A stretch of 62,673 nucleotides of DNA, filler included, from Hausera hauseri (GCA_046269625.1; 11 parts of 11 records of this genome joined end to end with filler, not necessarily neighbours in it), one strand, 5' to 3'. Numbered from the whole stretch's first letter, positions 37,001-51,410 are shown. Made by a program: numbers and translations. Notes: a model not told the origin generated them from the sequence alone.

Positions 37001-38566
37001 CAACAGAAACGCAGGATTATTCATATTGTATTAATAAGGTTTTTATTTACACTGGTTGATGGTTTCTTTAATATTGATTTTATAGTCGAGGTGGGCTGCA
37101 TGATCGGTTGGTTATTTATAGAGGTCGGCTTTGTTGAACTGTTTTTAATGATCCGACGTTGTTTACAATCTACAAGAAGGTTGTAGAAAGATAAGTAATC
37201 AGACAACGATGAATGTCAAATAAAAATGTAGGAGAATGGTGGTAAAGTGAATGAAACCTTGGACGTGCTGAAAATGCAAAATTCTTGCCCGTTAGCTGTG
37301 TACAATTTGGTGTTAGTTGGTGAGGTGGATGGTGTTTTGATGTATGATGGTAACAAAGAAACGGTAGCCTCTAAGTCAATAAGCAAGTTGATAGATTGAT
37401 TGGACTTGAACGTTAAAGAGGCTTTTAATGTGAAAGCGGCAAAAGTACGGCTATTAGGAAGAAAACCTCTGCCTTTGCCAGAATGTGCCGAAACAGCTGG
37501 CGGCTTCATGAGTTTTTCTGAGGTACGAGATTTGTGTTGTTGGAAGGGGTAGGTCGTGATGGATTAGATCGGTTAACTAAGGTGCAACCCGTAGCGTAGT
37601 TCTGTGCTTTAGAATTGAATTTATTATGGTATATACAGATAATTTCGGATCGTTTGAAATAGGGAGCATAAACTCTGCCACCTAAGCAGCATTTAGTGGA
37701 GTTGTTTTTAAATCTTGTATGGTAGTGGCACACCATTGATTGTGTAGGTGACCTCGCATGCCTTGAATTTTGAGATGAAGTGCGGCTATAATTCGCATCG
37801 AAACGATTTTGTCTAGGCATGGTCAAAGCTTCGATTTTTGACGTGAGTGCAGAAACTGCTTGGTGTATGTTGGCGTTTTCAGAACGTAAAGAATTTATCT
37901 GTGAGTTCAGATTAGCTATGTCGCTAGCTTGATGAGTTTTTGGCGTTTGTAGCGTAGCGGCTACTAATGTGGCTTTATGTGCATGTAATATCTCGTGGCT
38001 TTTGTCAGCCAATTGTGCTTGTTTTTGTAGTGACGATGTGTCCTCTACTATGGTTAACAGTGTCCGTATGTCTCTAGGTAAAGACTGCAGAAATTTTCTG
38101 CGTAGTAAGTAGGTGTTGTTTGCTTGATTAACGCCAAGAGTACTCAATTAAGGTAGCGAGGTTTGAGGAAATTCTGCGGGTTTTAATGTGTCTATGGTGT
38201 TGGCGTTAAAATATTTATGGATAATGTTATCCAGAGATGGTTCCGTGATTTTTAAAATCAAGTTAAAAAGTGTTTTATGGTTCACTGCTTTGGAAAATTT
38301 GAGACAGGTTGGGAAGTTGCAACTTAATGTTGCAAGGCAAAAATATAAGCAAACTGTTTGCTTTAAGAAAAGAGTCGACAATATTATTGGACTTCAACCC
38401 AGCGGCGTGAAAGACCAACCGGAATGGAATGTTGCTTGTCAACGAAGTATTCTACTCAAGATAGCTTTACAGTAGACGACGGAATTAGATGTGAATTTAG
38501 CGGTACGCTTATAGTAGGAATGTCGGCAAAGTCTTATTGGTCCTTAGAAGAGGCTTTTGGATCGGA
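34083..38566 (-). mobile_element. CsRn1-like Ty3/gypsy gag-pol with PPT and start of 3' LTR, decayed (family copy 3)
   Basis: Gag 37506-38500 with two CHCC-type knuckles, protease 37216-37509, RT (DYRQLN, IDLQKAYHQI, YIDD), RNase H and integrase. PPT AGGGGTAG at 34143-34150, followed by TGTGGTG at 34142. Confidence 0.93.
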
Positions 38567-38791
38567 TCCACCTAACAGAGAGTAGTGTACAGTCAGCATA
38601 GGTGTTGAATATGACTGGGTGTAACTTGTTATAATGTCAGATTGTCGGAGAAAAAGTCTATTAAAACTAAGGCGAAAATTTGTAAGCATTGTTTGTTGTT
38701 GTAACGTGCCTGACAATTTTGCAATTGTTGCTGATTTGTGGATGTGGTAGATTTGTTTATATTTATTTTCGAATAACAAGACGAATGGGAC
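38567..38791 (-). CDS. Ubiquitin-like domain with di-Gly (copy 3)
   Basis: aa 102-176 of ORF 38534-39094: VPFVLLFENKYKQIYHIHKSATIAKLSGTLQQQTMLTNFRLSFNRLFLRQSDIITSYTQSYSTPMLTVHYSLLGG|SDP. It has ubiquitin-like TIxxL helix start, xRLxF strand and LxVxxxLxGG tail. Confidence 0.78.
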
Positions 38792-39366
38792 GAAATTATC
38801 ACATAAGGCAAATGTGCAATGTGTTGCATAAGACACGGGCGCGCCCAAAATCCCTGCATTGTAATGATTGATCTTTCTGACCGGGTAGATCATAAATTTG
38901 CTTTGCGATGATTCATCTGGTATATTTTTAACCAACGGTATGGTACCAGATTGTCTACCACAGGCATTAGAATAATTCAAATAAGTATCAGAAAATGATA
39001 TAATGACTAAAATAGGACATAGTTTGGTAGGGGGTTCTTTAATGTTTCTCACACATTTACAATATAGAAAAGGAGTTATCGCGTGGTGTATCACTACTTA
39101 GTTTATTAGGTAGGCAGCCAAATTTGTAAGGCGTAACTGAATTAACTACACTAAGAGATATTGAGTGCAGTGATAGAACTACGTGGTCGGCACTATTTTA
39201 CGATTACGAAATAGAAATATAGCAAAATCACCGACCTTCTTGTTGATCCAAGGCAAGTTGTCCTAACGTTGTTCCTGAAGACACCTACGGGTAGCAATAA
39301 AAGTATGGATTGACACGATACTTTTATTTTGATACCAGACGTTTTAGGTGCACTTTTATGACTCGG

Positions 39367-39612
39367 AAAATATACCACTCGTTCGCCAAGTTCATCGGGA
39401 CCTTTCATGGCCTGGAGATAATTTCGATGACCCTGTATCAAGTTCGATGATTTGAGGATACAATCAACAACGTATTCCAATTGTTGTTCGGTACGTAATT
39501 TACTGAAAATCGGTTCACTCAGTATTAAATCACACAACGTAGTCACAATATTGCTATAAATAGTTTGATCGAGTCCTTGTATGTTTGATTTAATAGCCGA
39601 TTTTGGTTGATG
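39367..39612 (-). pseudogene. Insulin-degrading enzyme/nardilysin (M16A) C-terminal fragment, intronless
   Basis: LCDLILSEPIFSKLRTEQQLEYVV...IQGHRNYLQAMKGPDELGERV versus IDE [24 protein letters not shown]...[21 protein letters not shown]. Same ORF (39193-40107) as the end of the CHD1 fragment. Confidence 0.82.
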
Positions 39613-39888
39613 TGAAGTGATGTAATGGAATACGGAATTGATGAGATCCAACAATTGGTTAATTTTTGCTAAATTCATTTGGAGTAATTTGATGAGTTCC
39701 TGATGCAATGTAATTTGTCCACTAGTGGCTATATGTTCCACAGAATTATTTGTTGCACTGAGATCGGATTCATTGAGAACAGTAAACTGACGTTTGTCAC
39801 CATTAACGAAATATTTCAATGATTCTAATTCAGTATCTGCAAAATTATTATCAACATTAATATGGCCTATTTGACCGTATAAAATGAC

Positions 39889-40880
39889 TTGCAAAACATT
39901 GTGGAAAACATTATTTTTGTTTGCTTCCGCGTGAAGAGATTCGAAATTTTTAGCTAATCTCAATCTGTACAGTTCCTTTTGTTTATGTAACATGCTAATT
40001 TGAAGTATTTGTTCCGATTTTGCAGGAAGAGATTTTTCAAAGTTTTTTCGCGTCGAAAGAAAAACGAACGAATCGATTCTTGGAATTTTTCTAATTTTTC
40101 TCGACAAAGCTTTTCATTTTCTGCTGTACCAAATTCTAGTTCAAAATTTTCAAAATCGTCAAGCACATTAGGCATTATGAAATGAGTCAACGCCCAAAGT
40201 TCTTTTATATTATTCTGGAGCGGAGTGCCAGTAATGAGACGACGACTGTTAGTTTTGAATGGACGAATAGTTTTATACAACTTTGACTCAACTTTTTAGT
40301 CTGAGCTTCGTCTACATCAAGGAAGACCCAATAAAAGTTAGATAATAAACTTTTATCATTCAAAACTAATTCATACGTCGTTAGAATAACGTTAAACTTG
40401 AACTTAACTTACCGTGATTCAGTGTCGCCTGTATATACAACGGTGTAAAGTTCCGGTGCCCAGATATCAAATTCTTTCTTCCAATTATCGATCGTGCTTA
40501 GGGGAACAATGATCAAAATTTGGCCAAAATTTTTGTAACGATGGAAAAGCACATTAATAAATGCCACGGTTTGAACTGTTTTCCCTAAACCCATTTCATG
40601 GTCTAAAATCGCATTTCGCCCAAAAATCCATAGTTTAAGTAACCAATTAATACCATCAACTTGTAGTCACGCAAAAATAAATTGCAATCCGGAGAACCAA
40701 ATAAATAATCTAGCGTGATTGGACGTTGTCGAAGGAATGAATTTTCTGTATTAGGAAACTTTCGGCAACTAAGACCGTCCTTGTAGATTGTTATAGCTCG
40801 TTCGAACAGTGGTTGAACAGCACTTTCCGGCGATTTGGCAGTCACAAAATGATAACCCAACGATTTCAATTTTTTAAAAT
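39889..40880 (-). pseudogene. CHD1-like SNF2 ATPase N-lobe fragment, intronless and frameshifted
   Basis: [74 protein letters not shown]. Confidence 0.88.
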
Positions 40881-42110
40881 AACCTAAATTATCACTTATC
40901 GTACTGATGAAATATAATCCGATCAGCTTGAATTTTTTGATAGCTTAATTCGCTACTTTGTTCTTCGTTAAAAAGCATTTGTTTAAGTTCATCTCTGCTG
41001 CAAGAGTTTTTATCTTTGCATTTGTCAAAGTCATGTGACATTTCTCAGGTTTTTTCATACTTTTACTGTCACCATGGGCCTTTAAACTGGAAACTTTATA
41101 TAGAAAATTAACGTTATATTCCTTTCGATGTTATTTTTCCCTTCACCTAAATAATACACCTTTTATAACATCGAGACGTACAGTTCTCTTCATAAGTTTC
41201 TATCTGGGCCCATTTCCCTTTAAACCCCTTTGTTTTGATACTGATTTACTTTGTTGATCACGCTTGATCGTCCGAAAAATATATCTCCCAACAAACTTAT
41301 TCCTTACACCATCCGCCTTGACTTTCCCGTTCTCAAGTTCCATTCTTCCATTCTTCAATTCCTCTAGTTCGGTTTGACCAATGCACATAACTCCCCCTTT
41401 NNNNNNNNNNNNNNNNNNNNNNNNNNNNNNNNNNNNNNNNNNNNTTAATTAATTAANNNNNNNNNNNNNNNNNNNNNNNNNNNNNNNNNNNNNNNNNNNN
41501 TTGCTAATGGGATCAACTTATGTGTAACCCTTTTTATTTCTTCAATGTTTGGCTTTTCTGTAACTAGTAACGTTTGTAAGAAACTAGGATGATTCTTGAA
41601 AGCATCTATCTGCTTCTCTCAATTATTATCTGTACTCATTTACTGTGACTCTATTTTCTGAATGGTAGTATTTATTAATTTGTGTCTTTGAGGTTCATAT
41701 AAATCTCCGTCAGAATCTGATGATATTACTACAGTGTCTGATTTCTTTTCTTCAACCTCTTCCATGGGTATTCTTTTTGATGTGATAGTTTCTGATTCTA
41801 TATCAGTTTTATCTAGATCAATACCGAATAGCATATTATTTCTAATTTCATTTACTGTTACTATAAATTTCTCCAATTTTTGTTCCTTTTCAACATCAGG
41901 TTAGATACCTAATTTTATAATTTCTTTGTTTACATAATTTCTTTGCCAGATTTTATGCAGATTCAATGCATTGCTTCTAATCATGTTAAGATATAGATTA
42001 AATCTATTTGATTCAGGTTATCGGTCTTCCTTGTTCGAACCATTGTCATCAGGTAATCTCTCCTCTTCTGGTCCTTTAAATGTTCTTCTCGACATTAACA
42101 TTATTGTAGC

Positions 42111-42287
42111 CAATTTGATTCCCATTCCATCTATCACCTGGGCATATTTCCATTGTCGGACCGTATCAGAGATAATTTAAAATGTAATCATGTATTTCAA
42201 TTTGATTCCCATTCCATCTATCGTTTGGGCATATTTCCATTGTCGGACCGTGCCCAAATTAATTTAAAATTGTAATCGTGTGTTTCA
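42111..42287 (+). repeat. Two-copy ~87-bp direct tandem repeat
   Basis: CAATTTGATTCCCATTCCATCTATC...GGGCATATTTCCATTGTCGGACCGT starts at 42111 and 42198. Confidence 0.9.
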
Positions 42288-45200
42288 GGGATATATGACA
42301 TCGCAACTTTCGGTGAGTATCTGTATTACAAAACTAAATATTCTAACAGATTTTTATTCTCAACTTTCCGTAGAGTATTTCCGATAATTCGTCGTCTAAT
42401 TCATGTAATATCAATCAAAATTAATCAATTTAATTATTAATGGAACTCATCTATAACTATTCCCTAATAAACTAATTATTAGGATATCCCGTTATTATTG
42501 CCTGAGTATCATCAATTGTAACGTGCATTATCAAATTGTCATCCAATAAATAATACTCATTAATTTCTTTACTCACTTGTGTTTCATGTCTCATCTAAAT
42601 CCCTTCCCAGTTTAATTATATTAACGTAATGTCATAGATCACCTTTAGGTAAAATCAAAATCTATATGTTGACAATATCATTCAACCCCGAAGTATACTA
42701 ATAATAAAATGACTTACTCTCTACTACTCAGAATAAGTAAGGTTTTTATCGACTTACATAACCCTTATTAATTTTCATAAGCTCATTTATATCAATCCGA
42801 TAATCCGTTGTAATTACTATAATCATACCAATAATCCTTTATCCCCTTTTTGTTTAGTATCGATAATTCGTACTTTGTCCGTTCATTAGTGTTTATCCAT
42901 AACTCAACACAATGTATCCTCAATCTTCCAGTTTATCCCTTTAAAGAAATCGAGTAATTACTAAATAATCAAATGCCACTATACCCCCGTGTATTAACCA
43001 ATATTAACATATAACATTATTGATCCTTCTACCTTTTCGAATTTATCCTCGACTGTCCACTTCTGTCTTCATATTGAAAATATAAACATACAGTTGTGAC
43101 ACAAATAATCATATAACTACTTTCCTGTATTAATAGTAATCATAGAATTCTTTCGTTGACGAATGGGGTCGGCTCTCGGTACCTCGAAACCTTGAATACA
43201 TTGATGTATCGCGTTCGATAGCATCATAATATATTGCTAATTGGCGGAGATCCATATTCAAAACTTTATATTGTGTTAAATTTCTTTAACGATGTCTGAA
43301 TGTTGCAATTATAATGCTCCTATCTATTCCTCATTAATGATTTTATATTTCTTCCGCCTTTATCTTTCAGTGGCGAACATACATTTCCTATAATTGCTAT
43401 TATTGAAACGATTAACTTTATAGTTAATCTACCAACACTAATTCGCCATAATTACGTTTCTGTACTATCCTACCATTGTTCGCTCGTAAGTTCAATTTCG
43501 ATATTACTACTTAATACATCCGTGATTCGGTTTGTTACGAGTTGCAGCTAGCGATTGTATATACAACCTTTTCTGAATAATGCAATCGTACCTATTCTCT
43601 TCCACTATCACTCATGAGTTAATTTTCGTTTATAAATTTTTTAACGGTCACAAAACCCAAAACAAAACTGGAATTAAAATAAATCCATGCATATGAAATA
43701 AGTTACTTTATACTATATAGTATTGAATTTTATCGGTACACTCGTCCTTAAATACATCTATAGTCCTATACTTTTCGGTAAGTATTAAGAGATTATGTAG
43801 AACTGCCGTATAGATCGAATTCTGAAATTGAATATTAATTTCATCCGAATATTTAAAACAGTTAACACTTAAACGCATTAAAGTCTATGGTAATAAAAAT
43901 ATTTAAATAATCGCATTATAAATTATACATAAAGTTGATCATACTCTGATGTTTTCTAACATACTTGATAAAATGAACCATCAAATATAATAAACATTCA
44001 ATCTCCGAATTTATTCATCTCGACCATATATATAACTTAGTTACTTGTAGTAATTACGATCAGATATTTATCCGAACCATCCCTTCCATTATGTATCTAG
44101 CTTCATAGCTCAACTGGTTATCACGGATTCTGTTTCCACTTGCAGACAATTTTAATGAAGTCGACCTTTCTTACATGAACTTCACCTTCGATGGTATACT
44201 CAGTAGATTTCGGTAGAAAATTCTCGAATACCCTGTATCGGCCCCTGACACTGACCGCATCTCAATTGTTGCTTTCTCATTTCGTAATTTCATATTCGTC
44301 CATATTTTGGTCTTTTCTATATAAAATTTAACAAAACGAAATTCGAGCATCTTCATAACATCGGCTCGGTTGTATTTATTATATTTAACATTTATTTATA
44401 CCACAATCTCTATTACAAATCATGAAACGAATACAGGCGGTGGTGTATAATATTTAGAATCGTGTTCCAACAATAAAAATCATGTATATACCTGGGTTTT
44501 GCTTAAGCGTTGCTGGAGTACTATTCATCTTGTTAGCCATTGATGCTTGCGATCAATAATGACTTCAATTTCGTGTACTGCTGATAGTATTTTTTCGTTA
44601 TATATTCTTTACTGCGTTTCCTGAATTCCGGCTAGTAATATTTTGCTGTCGAGTTTTCTCGAAATCGATAAATAATTTACTGATGATGAAACAAATTCTC
44701 GTATTTGAGATAAAAACAGAATTGGCGTTAATCTTCGTAAGTATTCGTAGCAGGTTCTCTATAATATATTCGAACGTCACTTCTAAGAGTGATAATATAT
44801 TGAAACCTACCCTCAGGCTTCTTTAAGTTGTGATTATCAACTAAATCTGCGTCAAATTTATATTATGTATGTTTTTGTACATTTTGTTTTCTGCTTATAT
44901 ACATCTTCAGATCTACCTATTCATTCATTTCTTTTAGTTGTCTGATTTAGAAAAAGTACTATTGTGAATTAATATGCTTATAAGTTACATGTGAACTGTC
45001 ATCTTCAATTTTCACAATTGATTTTTGTTATTGTATCTTTTGTTATTGAACTCTTATCGTTAGTCATACAGCATTACTTTGTGCCGCTTAGCTGCGTCAA
45101 TTTTAATGTCAACCATACCATTCTGAAACTTTTAACAAACTTTTAATGATTTCTAACCAACCGCCTGCTTGGATCACAATGCTACAGTACATGGGACAGG

Positions 45201-45442
45201 TATCGTCAATAATGCCCATCAAGAGAGGGTTTAACAAATCACACTGAAGAACAAGACACATAATAAAAAATGTATTGGTACTACACTGTATAAATTTGTC
45301 AAATGTTTTTTATCAAACGTTCTCCATAATTGTCATCATTCCTGGGTTATATTGTTATCACAAATTGCTATCAGAGATGTCACAAATTGTTCACAGATAT
45401 GTCAATGTCACAAATTGTTCACAGATGTGTCATTGGTATTTT

Positions 45443-47554
45443 AAGGGATCTCAACATCTTCAACTTTCTGTATCTTGGGCATTAATTGCCTCATCTTCTC
45501 ATCACTAATTTCTGCCATTTCCACCAATAAAAAGGCTAACCCATACATCTCATTTATAACCTTTGAGTCAGGGTCCATTGCATTCGACAATTTCTTTACG
45601 AACTTATGTTCCTGAAAACTAAAATGTGGATCGTCTCTGCTCTGATCCGGCCATCCATTCTTGTGGTTTGTGCAAGAATTTTATTGCGTCCGTTAACGTA
45701 TCTCGATGTCCTGGACAAATGTCTAAGATTTCAATATCTTGGGCAGAGATTTCGTTAATCGGTTTTTCCGTTAAGTACTGGATTCCTTCTAGCCGAACAA
45801 CCCTTAACCTTGAGTTTACATCGTGAATCATATTCCGCTTTTCCGTAAAGTTCGTCTCAATCAGTTTGTAGATCTCCTCCAATGTCGACGCTTCTTGTTC
45901 CTTCTTCATAATTTCTAGCCGTCGCAACGCTTCGGATTGAGTACGAGTGTCTATCTCTATTCGCATTGTGCCTAAGTCGTGTGCACTTTCGTCTAGTTGT
46001 TTCTTCACCATTGGCTCACTTTGCGGAAATTCCTTTTTCCGATCTTCTAATTTGCTTAATCGCATTACTAATTTTGATCATTCTGACAGTTGATTTGCGA
46101 TAATTGGTTTAGCTAATATAGCTTTGTCTAACATCTTATATGCATCTTTTAACTCAGCGTCCGGTCCTCTTAGAAAATTCATAATCCGGCCAACATAACT
46201 AAACTCGTCCTTATACTCATCCAATTCTACGATACAAGCTTTTATTACATATTGAGTTTCCTCATGATTTGGGGACATGATTCGATTCCTCAAGCTATAA
46301 GTCTGCTCGCTTTTTATTTTCTATCTTAATTCGATTTTCTAGGCTTGTATATTGTTTGGGCGTAGCAAATGCGATATTTATCATTTCCGTTAATGGAGGA
46401 ATATCTAATAAATCTATACCCATTATTTCTAAATCGATCTTACTGCGATGGTTAACCGGTTTTTCCTTAAGCCGGTTGATCACTACGTGACGAATTTCAT
46501 CCATCATACGTTCTAAGTTTCGAACCACTCTCTTCAATTTTGCATTTGCTTCTAAGGTTGACAATAACGTTTGAGCTTTAGTGACTTTTGCGTCGACACT
46601 ATCTTTATTTTTACCCCATCCTTCCGAAAATTCGTTTCCACTTTTAATCCATGATTCTAATTCATGCTTCCATTTTAACAATATTTCAGGTTGTGTTACG
46701 TCGATTGCTTCAGCAAGTTTTCCTTCGCTACTTAGTATCAAACTTTTATATAACCTCTTGGCACATTGTTGCTCATTTCCGTATATATCGACCTGTTCGC
46801 TAATCTGTTTAAGCCGTTCTAAATTTTGCTGTAATATTTCTGGATCGCGGCATCTAATTCTCATTTTCTTTAATTTATCGGCGTTTTTCCACGAACGTCG
46901 GACTTTCCATTTCTTTGAGTCGAAATCATCATTGTTTGCCGTTTCTTCCTCATTAGTGGGAAGTGGACAGGTCTCGTTAATTTCATTAATTGACTCTATA
47001 GACTTTGTTACTCCGACAGGTGTAAGTGAACCAATTCCCGATGTATTCAAACTATGATCCATGTGGCTTTCTACAACGACTTTTGGATTTTCTGTATATT
47101 CAATTTTCTCTCTAGTTACTTTGGAGCGTGAGAGACTTCTACGTTTCGTTTTTAAGGAGGGGCTACGGCATCTATTTTTCATAATTTTAAGTATCAATGG
47201 TTCCATGAATTCTTTTTCTGCTACATCGTCTTCCGTAGGCTTATCTACTTTTTCTACTGTAAACTCAGGCTCTACATCTAAGTCGACTTCTGCCGATGTG
47301 CCTGGTTTATTAGATGGTTTATTACTTGTCGGAACACTTTTTTTTCGTGTCATATCAATTCGCTTAGGTGCTATCGCGTGCTTATATACAGTTTCTGGTT
47401 CTGTTAAACCATGATATACTTCTAGTAGTCTCAACTTATCTCCGTATTCTTTTCTAGCCATTAAAATTTGCAAGTTAGTAGTATTAGGCTGAGCATCCAA
47501 GAATTTCCTAGTCCTGTATATCGATAATAGTACTTGTATCTCCACGAACGCCAT
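45443..47554 (-). pseudogene. Large charged/helical orphan ORF (~700 codons) broken by stops and frameshifts, probably TE-derived
   Basis: Consecutive same-strand ORFs 46295-47554, 46078-46293 and 45619-46065 with similar K/E-rich composition, continuing to ~45443. No domain recognised. Confidence 0.5.
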
Positions 47555-50177
47555 ACTTTGCTTCTAAATTCTCATTAATTCTAATTATACTAGTCTTATT
47601 TGGCTCAGTAAATGAGACGCTACGTGGGTTTGGACATCACCTTGNNNNNNNNNNNNNNNNNNNNNNNNNNNNNNNNNNNNNNNNNNNNTTAATTAATTAA
47701 NNNNNNNNNNNNNNNNNNNNNNNNNNNNNNNNNNNNNNNNNNNNAGCTTTATCGATGTCAGTACCCAGAGTGATCTGGGGGACCAAATCCTTTTTCAAAG
47801 GGGGGAGAAATGTTACGGTTTGTTCCATTTCAGTTACCAATTTGAACATCAAAACGTTACCAGTTTGAACATCAAACCAAACCAAAAACGCAGACTTCGA
47901 TATAGAATTAAAACCCAAACATGATATCCAGTTATCCAGCCACCACAAAAACTTTATAATAACTTCGACTTTATTTGATTTTCCAAACATTGATTTTTTT
48001 AAACATTATAAACTGTGACAATGTGGGTATTGATGTCATAATTAATAAACCCTTTGTATATAAATGTTCTGTCTTCTTGAACTATTGTTGAACTCCTGAT
48101 GGGTATCTTTATAATATCTGTCCCGTGTGCAGTCAGTGTTATCCACGACGGTTAAACATTAACAACGACCCAATGCATAATGTAATATAACAAATCTAAA
48201 GTAAGCTAAATCGTAATTAAGAAATAAATCCAAACAAAAGCATATATGTATGGTAGGTTGAGAATACAGTCAAATAAAACAAATATTAATAATCATTAGC
48301 CTAGCCTAACCACCCGAATATCAAAAACAATTTCTGGTTTAGGCGATTAAATTAAGTAGTAAATCTTGTTTGGTAAAATTATCAGCATTTTGGAAATGAT
48401 TAATTTGAAAAATCCAAAATGTTACAAGTGACTAATTTGGAAAATCCAAAATGTTGCGAGGGTGACTAATTAATTGTTAGAAACACCTATTCAATTTGGA
48501 ATACATGTATTAGTCAAATCACATGTCCAATTCTAGAATCTAAACACATATTAGTCAAATCGTATACCCAATTTTGGAACTTAAACATAGACATTAATCA
48601 GAATTTTGGAAATCTCAAAATTCAAGGAACACCTATATAAATCATTCATTCGCACAGAAAAACAAAAACACAAAAGACCAAAATTTTTGCAATTAATAGA
48701 TCGTTTTATCAGAGCGTAGAGGTGAATTCTTTTGTTAGAGAACTAAATTTTATCATTAATGATAATTAAGTTAGATATCTCAGAACATTCAGAAACTATT
48801 TACAGTAGAATCTATCAAATCCATTATTATTCCTGTAATCATCCCCCCATTGAAATTCAATTCATATGGCCTCTCGTGGAACCAACGGTTCGGAGTCACA
48901 AGAAATTGCCAATGGTAAATAGTTTTATTATTGTTATCACCACATGTAAATTGATAATACGATGTACATAATGCATAGTAGTTCACCGCCTCATTCTCTT
49001 GTATTATTTGTTTATAGAATAAATTTTCATATAAAAAATTGATGGACAATTAGTTTATGTTCCCTTATTTTTATCTTTTATTCAACTGCCAAATCCTGAA
49101 CGAAGTTAATGAATTATAAATAAACTTAGAGACGTTGACAAATGGGTATGTAAGACTGAATTGCATGGAGTATAATATTATTAACTGACGGACTAGGAAT
49201 GCCTCTATATACATTCCCCGGTAAAGAAACATCCCTGGTTTCGATTATCTATTTTTGAGTGTGGGCAGTATTGGTTGTTATCAATTAAATAGTAAGTGTC
49301 GAACCATAAGAATAATTTTATTACATTCAATAGGAAAAGTAGAAGGATATACCTAATGGAAAGTGCAGCATAAATAGCAATATGAAGCTGTAGATTATCA
49401 GCATTAAAGAGAACCCGACCCGTTAATGCAAGTAAACTGGTGTATAATTATTAAATGATACAAATAGGATGCATCGACACTCCTTTCTTAAATTCCGTTA
49501 TGTTAGTGAAAGTTATTATTAAAACCCATCAACGTATCCGACTTAATTTTCGAATGTCTCGTCATTATCAAGCGTATAGTGAATCTATCGTGAAATTATT
49601 TGTTGTTGTCAAAATTGAGAGGTACCTTTTCTCTGACTTGACCGTATTTGATCCCTTTGAGAAGTTGATGGAGGCAGTAATATTGACTTAATGATTTTAT
49701 TATAATGAAACCAAATATGTACTCTGTGTTGATAATTGTATGTTATTCGGAGAAATTATTATAGAATTGTGAGTATAACGAAAGAACGAATAGTGGTCAT
49801 AACAGAGTTATTCAAGATACATAAGGAATTAAAGTTTAATACCAAGGGACTCAAGAGAAGACTAATTGAAGAATCAAATCTAGAATACCCAGCAAATTTT
49901 ACCATGAAACAAGATTATTAAATGAAATATCAGGACCATAATAAATGAGATATCATACCAATCAACTGTACAAAAGGTAACGGGAGAGTAAATATTCTGA
50001 GGAATAACAATACGAAAATATTAATAGGAGGCGCAGGTAATGTCAAGTTACCCCACCGCCGAAAGAACTCAACCTTCAGATATTTTATAAGTATTGAAGA
50101 AATATTTTATATGTTGATAGTGAACTCGAATAACGAACTATTCGATTTAAGATACAACATCACTCAATATATAAAAC

Positions 50178-50195
50178 TGGTGCCCCGAGTGAGGA
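50178..50195 (+). promoter_or_regulatory. Putative LTR-retrotransposon primer-binding site (elongator tRNA-Met)
   Basis: TGGTGCCCCGAGTGAGGA is a near-perfect complement of the 3' end of eukaryotic elongator tRNA-Met (..TCCTCAC(A/C)CGGGGCACCA). Confidence 0.65.
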
Positions 50196-50292
50196 AATTC
50201 AATCGATAGATAGAATAAATTTATGCAATAATGACGTCTTGGACTGTCATTACGTATATTTAACAGATAAAACCAGACCAAATGTGACCAAA

Positions 50293-50412
50293 TGAACCAT
50301 CTGTTTCGAATCCCTAGACATGAAGTATGTCCTATTCAGGCGTACACATATTATGTGTACTCAATGTGCCGACCAGTGTCTACGGAGTAGCCAAACATGC
50401 CCTTTCTGTCGA
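50293..50412 (+). pseudogene. Degenerate RING-HC finger
   Basis: *TICFESLDMKYVLFRRTHIMCTQCADQCLRSSQTCPFCR, with the first Cys changed to TGA and the third to Arg. Not in the ORF track frame. Confidence 0.7.
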
Positions 50413-51100
50413 AGGAAAACGACGGTATATCAGTGTTGGGGCACTACAGTGGTGGTCTTGTCCGATGATGAAAACGAGAAGAGACGAAAACTTTAACCCA
50501 GTTTTTTTGGTAGGGCCTGGTGGCATTTTGAATATGATACTGTAAAGCAATAACTATGGATAATTACGACTAACGTTATTTCTTTGATTTGTAAGGTACA
50601 ATAAATTCTTTTGATTGTTGAGGGTGATTAATTATGAAAGTAATAGATTGAAGATAGAATATAGGTGAATAAATTATTGTATCTCTTAATAAAGATATAC
50701 TGATAGGGGTAGTCGATTAGTAATCAATTTGGGTATACACTAATAGACATTGCTTTTAGTATGCATTATATGTCAAAAACGCCCAGCAACTCAAATTGGA
50801 GGACAAAACCCCTGCACACTATGCCAGTTCATTAAAGAATTAGGACAAGAAGATTCCCAATTCAGCTGTGGCTACTGTGGAGAAACAGTTGGACTGGATA
50901 TTGCTACTATGGATGAAAATTATTGACTCTTATGCCCGATCTCTAACCCCGTTGGATCTTGAGGAATTAAACTCTGCTTGCATTGAACGGATGTTAAAAT
51001 TTTTTTGTGATATTGAATAGATGTGTATGTTGATTTGCCGAATCAAAAAACAGGAATGTAAATTTACTAAAATGTTATAAACACTCATCAACGATTTAAT

Positions 51101-51410
51101 ATGACAACTAATCACGTATATTTTGCAGATGGTTGCCCAATTTGCTTTGACGACCTAACAACTGACCGAATTGTCTTGCCATGTAATCACCAATATTGTC
51201 AATCTTGTATAAACACCTGGTTGACAGAACAGCCAACTTGCCTGAGTCGTAGAAGAACATGCGGAATTTGTACAATACGCCCAAATCTGGTGACACATAC
51301 CTTAGCGACACTTCCTTGTCGACACACGTTTTCCAGAATTGTATGAACGGGCACTTGGAAAATATTCGATTCTGACTTATGCTTTGAATATGCAAATATT
51401 TACTTTTTGG
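51101..51410 (+). pseudogene. Tandem RING-HC finger protein, degenerate
   Basis: CPICFDDLTTDRIVLPCNHQYCQSCINTWLTEQPTC followed by CGIC...LPCRHTF, then a frameshift. Confidence 0.8.

Noticed and set aside
37500-37525. Programmed -1 frameshift site at the gag-pol overlap
   Set aside because: A-rich runs occur before the gag stop in three copies, but the heptamer differs among these decayed copies, so it cannot be supported.
39889-40880. Functional chromosomal CHD1 gene
   Set aside because: Truncated before the helicase C-lobe, frameshifted, intronless and fused to unrelated fragments.
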